Origin: the human T2T-CHM13v2.0 reference genome, Homo sapiens
DNA: 64,000 nt
Reading direction: 5' to 3' (one strand)
NCBI RefSeq assembly: GCF_009914755.1
Contig: NC_060940.1
This document shows positions 59,201 to 64,000 of the stretch, piece after piece. Position 1 is the stretch's first letter, and every line of letters starts with the position of its first letter. The position numbers and the translations under genes are program-made. The notes under the pieces are model-generated. The model was not told the origin of the DNA and made no database searches. It saw only the letters and a program-made list of their open reading frames with translations.

Positions 59201-62200
59201 GAGTCCATTCGATTACATTCGATGATTATTCCATTCGAGTGCATTAGATGATTCCATTCGAGTCCATTCGATGATTCCATTCGATTCCATTCGATGTTGA
59301 TTCTGTTCAAATCCATTCGATGATTCCACTGGATTCCATTCGATGACTCCAGTTGATCCCATTCGATGATTTCCTTTGATTCCCTTTGATGATCATTCCA
59401 TTTGATTCAATTCGGTGATTTCATTTGATTCCATTCAGTGATGTTTCCATTCGACTCCATTCGATGATGATTCCATTCGACTCCATTCGATTATGATTTC
59501 ATTCAATTCCATTCGATAATGATTCCCTTCGAGTCCATTCGATGATTCCATTCGATTCCATTCAACGATGATTTGATTCGTGTCCATTCGATGATTCCAT
59601 TTGATTCCACTTGATGATGATTCCATTCGAGTCCATTTGATGATTCCATTCAAATCCATTCTCCGATGATTTCTTTTGAGCCCATTCAATGCTTCCACTC
59701 GATTCCATATGATGATGACTCCATTCGATGAAATTCGATGATGATTCCATTCGCTTACATTCGATGATGATTCCACTTGAGTCCATTAGAAGATTCTATT
59801 CAATTACATTCCATGACGATTCCGTTCGAGTCCATTTGATGATTCCATTAGACTCCATTCGACGATGATTCCATTCGATGTTATTCGATGATTCCATTCG
59901 ATCTCATTCGATGATGATTCCATTCAACTCCATTCGATGTTTCCATTCGAGTTCATTCTATTATTCCATTAGATTCCATTCGATGATGATTCCATTCGAT
60001 TCCATTTGATGATTGCATTCTATTTCATTTGATGATGATTCCATTCGAGTCCACTCGATGATTCCATTCGAGTCCATTTAATGAATCCATTGGTTTCAAT
60101 TCTATGATGATTACATTGGATTCCATTCGTTGATGATTTCATTCGGTTCCATTCAATGATGATTCCATTCAATTCCTTTCAATGTTTCCATTCAATTACA
60201 TACGATGATGATTCCATTTGATTTGATTCGACAGTGAGCCATTCGATTCAATTCCATGATGATTCTATTTGATTCAATTGGTTGACATTTCCATTCGATT
60301 CCATTCGATGATGATTCCCTTTGATTCCATTCAAAGATGATTCCATTCTAGCCCATTCAATCATTCCATTCGATTCTATTCAATGATGATTCCATTCATG
60401 TCGATTTGGTGATTCCATTTGACTTCATTTGATGATGATTCCTTTCAAGTTCATTAGATGATTCCATTCGATTCCATTTGATGATGATCCCATTGGAGTC
60501 CATTCAGTGATTCCACTCGTTTCCATTCCATGATGATTCCATTCCATTCCATTCAATGATTCCATTCGATTCCGTTTGATGATGATTTCATTCGAGTCCA
60601 TTTGATGATTCCATTGGATTCCATTCGATGATGATTCCATTCGAGTCCATTCGATGATTCTATTCGAATCCATTTGATGATTTCTTTTGATTATATTTGG
60701 TGATGATTCCATTGGAGTCCATTCAATGATTCCATTCGATTCCAATCGATGGTGATTCCATTAAAGTCCATTTAATGATTCCATTTGATTCCAGTCTCTG
60801 ATGATTACATTCGAGTCCATACAATGATTCCACTCAATTCCATATGATGATGATTCCATTCGATTCCATTCGATGATTCCATTCTATTCTATTCAATGGT
60901 GATTCCATTCGAGTACATTAGATGATTCCATTCGATTCCATTCAATGATGATTCTATTTGTGTCCCTTAGATGATTCCACATGATTCCATTAGATGATGA
61001 TACTATTTGAGCCCATCCAATGATTCCCTTCGATTCCATTCGATGAGGATTCCATTCGATTCAATTCATTGGTGATTCTATTCAATTCAATTCTTTGATT
61101 CCATTCCATTCCATTCGACAATGATTCCATTCGATTTCTTTCGATGATTCCACTCGATTCCACTTGACATTGATTCCATTCGATTCCATTCAATGATTCC
61201 ATTTGATTCCAGTGGATGATGATTGCCATCGATTCCATTCGATCACTCCATTCTATTCCATTTGATGATGATTACATTCGATTCCATTTGACGATTCCAT
61301 CTGATTCTATTCGAGGATTCCATTTGATTCCATTCGATGATGATTCCATTCGAGTCCATTCGATGATTTCATTCGAGTACATCCAATGATTCCATTCGAG
61401 TCCATTTGATGATTCCATTTGATTCCATTTGATTATGATTCTACTAGAGTCCATTCAATGACTCCATTCGAGTCCATTCAACAATTCCATTCGACTCCAT
61501 TCGATGATTCCATTCGATTCCATTTGATGATTCCATTCGAGTCCATTTAATCATTACAGTCGAGTCCATTTGGTGATTCCGCTGGATTTCCTTTGATAAT
61601 GATACCATTCAATTACATTTGATGATGATCCCATTCAATTTCATTTGATGATGATTCCATTAGAGTCCATTCGATGATTTTATTCGAGTCCCTTCATTGA
61701 TTCCATCCGATTTCATTGGATGATGACTCCATTCGAGTCCATTCGATGATTCCACTCGATTCCATGAGATGATTCCATTGGAGTCCATTTGATTGTTCCA
61801 TTCGATTCCATTCGATTCCTTTCGAAGATTATTCCATTTGAGTCCATTCGATGATGATTCCATTCCATTCCATTCGATGATTCCGTTTGATTCCATTCGA
61901 TGATTCCCTTCGATTCCTTTCTTTGATGATTCCATTCCATTCCATTCAATGATTCCATTCGAATCTATTCCATGATGATTCCTTTCGATTCCATTCACTG
62001 ATGTTTCCTTTCAATTCCATTCGATGATGATTCCATTCGATTCCATTCATTGAGGATTCCATTTGATTCCATTCAATGATGATTCCATTCTATTCCATTC
62101 AAAGATTGCATTCAATTCCATTCAATGATTATCCCATTAGTGTAAACTCAACGATTCCATTCAATACCATTCGATGATGATTCCTTTTGAGTCCATTCAA

Positions 62201-62355
62201 TGATTTCATTCAAGTCCATTTGATGATTCCTTTCAATTCCATTCTATGATGATTCCATTCGAGTCCATTCGATGATTCCATTCGATTGCATTCGATGATT
62301 CCATTATATTCCAGTCAACGATGATTCCATTCGAGTCCATTCGATGATTCCATTA
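56244..62355 (+). repeat. 6.1-kb higher-order unit (canonical 6,112 bp)
   Basis: Landmark at 56244 and 62356; ORFs 56302/62414 and 57507/63619 differ by 6,112. Confidence 0.96.
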
Positions 62356-64000
62356 GAGTACATTTAAGGATTGCTTTGTTTTCAATTCGAAGATGATTAC
62401 ATTCGATTCCATTCTATGATACCATTCGATTCCATTCAATGATGACTCCACTCAAATGCATTGGATGATTCCATTCGTGTCCATTCGGTGATTTCATTAG
62501 ATTCCATTCGAGGATGATTCTATTCGATTCCATTCGATGATTCCATTCAATTCCATTCGATGATGATTCCATTCGAGTCCATATGATCATTCCATTTGAT
62601 TTCATTTGATGATGATTCCATTCGATTCCATTCGACGATTCCATTCTATTCCATTCGATGATGATTCCATTCGAGTCCATTCGATGATTCCATTCGAGTC
62701 CATTTAATGATTCCATTGGGTTCAATTCAATGATGATTACATTGGATTCCGTTCTATGATTCCATTCAATTCCGTTCATTGACAATTTGATTCCATTCGA
62801 TGATGATTCCATTTGAGTTCATTCGATGATTCTATTCGATTCTCTTCGATGGTGATTCAATTCTATTATATTGGATGATTCCATTCGATTCCATTTGATG
62901 TTGATTCAATTCGATTCTATTCGATGACGATACCATTGGATTTCACTTGATGATTCTATTCGATTCCATTCAATGATGATTCACTTCTCGTCCATTGGAT
63001 GATTCCATTTCATTCCATTCGATGATGATTCCATTCGATTCCATTCGATGATTCCATTTGATTCCATGCGACGGTGAGCAATTCGATTCAATTCCATGAT
63101 GATTCTATTTGATTCAATTAGATGATGTTTCCATTCGAATCCATTCCATGATTATTCCATTGGAATCCATTCGGCGATGATTCCATATGAGTCAATTCAA
63201 TGATGATTCCATATGGGTCCGTTCGATGATAATTCCATTTGATTTCATTCGATGCTTCTATTCTATTCCAGTCGATGATGATTCCGTTGGAGTCCATACG
63301 ATGATTCCATTTGATTTCATTTCATGATGATTCCATTCGATGACGATTACATTGGATTCCATTCTATGATTCCATTCAATTCCATTCGTTGATGATTCGA
63401 TTCCATTCAATGATGATTCCATTTGAGTTCATTCGATGATTCTATTCGATTCCGTTCGATGGTGATTCAATTCTATTATATTGGATGATTCCACTCGATT
63501 CCATTTGATGATTATTCCATTGGAGTCCACTTAGTGAATCCTTTAGATTCTACTCGACGATGATTCCATTCGAGTCCATTCGATGATACCATTCAATTCC
63601 ATTCGTTGATGCTTCCATTCAAGTGCATTCGATGATATCATTCGATTCCATTTGATGATAATTCCATTTGATTCCATGCGATGATTCTCTTCGATTCCAT
63701 TCAATGATAATTCCATTCAATTCAGTGATTCCTCTGGACTCCATTTGATGATGATTCCATTCAATGATTCCATTCGATTCTATTCGAAAATGATTCCATT
63801 TGAATCCATTTGATGATGATTCCATTAGATTCCATTTGATGATTCCATTCGATTCCATTCGACGATGATTCCATTCGATTCCGTTTGATGATTCCATTCT
63901 ATTCTATTCGATGATGATTCCATTCGATTCCATTCGATGATGATTGGATTCGATTCCATTGGATGATTTCATTTGATTCCATTCGTTAATGATTTCGATC
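62356..64000 (+). repeat. Partial 6.1-kb unit running off the window end
   Basis: Landmark variant GAGTACATTTAAGGATTGC at 62356, collinear with the first ~1.64 kb of the unit. Confidence 0.94.

Larger units (their letters stand above)
1..64000 (+). repeat. Human Satellite II (HSat2/HSATII) pericentromeric tandem array, CATTC strand on +
   Basis: Continuous ATTCCATTCGATTCCATTCGATGATG / ATTCCATTCGAGTCCATTCGATG 26- and 23-bp monomers. CATTCGATTC is abundant (HSat2 diagnostic) and pure (CATTC)n runs are short, unlike HSat3. No non-satellite interruption or strand switch seen. Confidence 0.98.
1..64000 (+). other. Probable HSat2B subfamily, chromosome 16q11.2-type array with ~6.1-kb higher-order unit
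   Basis: Measured period of 6,112 bp (6212 to 12324 to 18436; 56244 to 62356). Recalled knowledge: the large chr16 HSat2B block has a ~6.1-kb unit whereas chr1 HSat2A has ~1.8 kb. Not confirmed by mapping. Confidence 0.8.

Noticed and set aside
59-63897. Numerous minus-strand ORFs (MESNGIIEW-type repeats)
   Set aside because: They are the direct translation of the GAATG-rich satellite strand, which supplies many ATGs and few stops. They overlap in all frames, are low-complexity, and are opened or broken at random by SNVs between copies.
1-64000. CRISPR-like or other repeat-spacer array
   Set aside because: No constant repeat separated by unique spacers; variation is point divergence of tandem monomers, and there are no associated genes.
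1-64000. HSat3 classification, alpha satellite or an inversion breakpoint
   Set aside because: CATTCGATTC with ATGATG linkers dominates over (CATTC)n; no 171-bp monomers seen; no switch to GAATG-rich sequence on the + strand.

Overview
The whole 64 kb is one uninterrupted, single-orientation array of human Satellite II (HSat2): diverged CATTC-type repeats built from 23/26-bp monomers, ATTCCATTCG-A(T/G)TCCATTCG-ATG(ATG). The dominant higher-order unit is 6,112 bp, which from memory matches the ~6.1-kb HSat2B unit of the chromosome 16q11.2 pericentromere; that assignment is not verified. I see no genes, transposons, RNA genes or CRISPR arrays, and all listed ORFs are artefacts of the repeat, so no new protein-coding system is supported. 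The interesting signal is architectural. Standard ~6.1-kb units start at 1, 6212, 12324, 18436, 24496 (truncated), 50129, 56244 and 62356. They flank a ~22.5-kb island (27.6-50.1 kb) containing a 12,665-bp repeat cycle. That long cycle holds the complete 6,112-bp unit in order, plus four extra blocks of 758, 2,013, 105 and 3,672 bp. Internal paralogy and base states suggest it is a relic of an ancestral ~11.8-kb unit from which the 6.1-kb unit arose by deletions. Intermediate-type units lie to its right and a shuffled four-piece mosaic sits at 45.9-50.1 kb. All alignments were done by eye from landmark k-mers and ORF-track offsets, so breakpoints are uncertain by about 10-30 bp.
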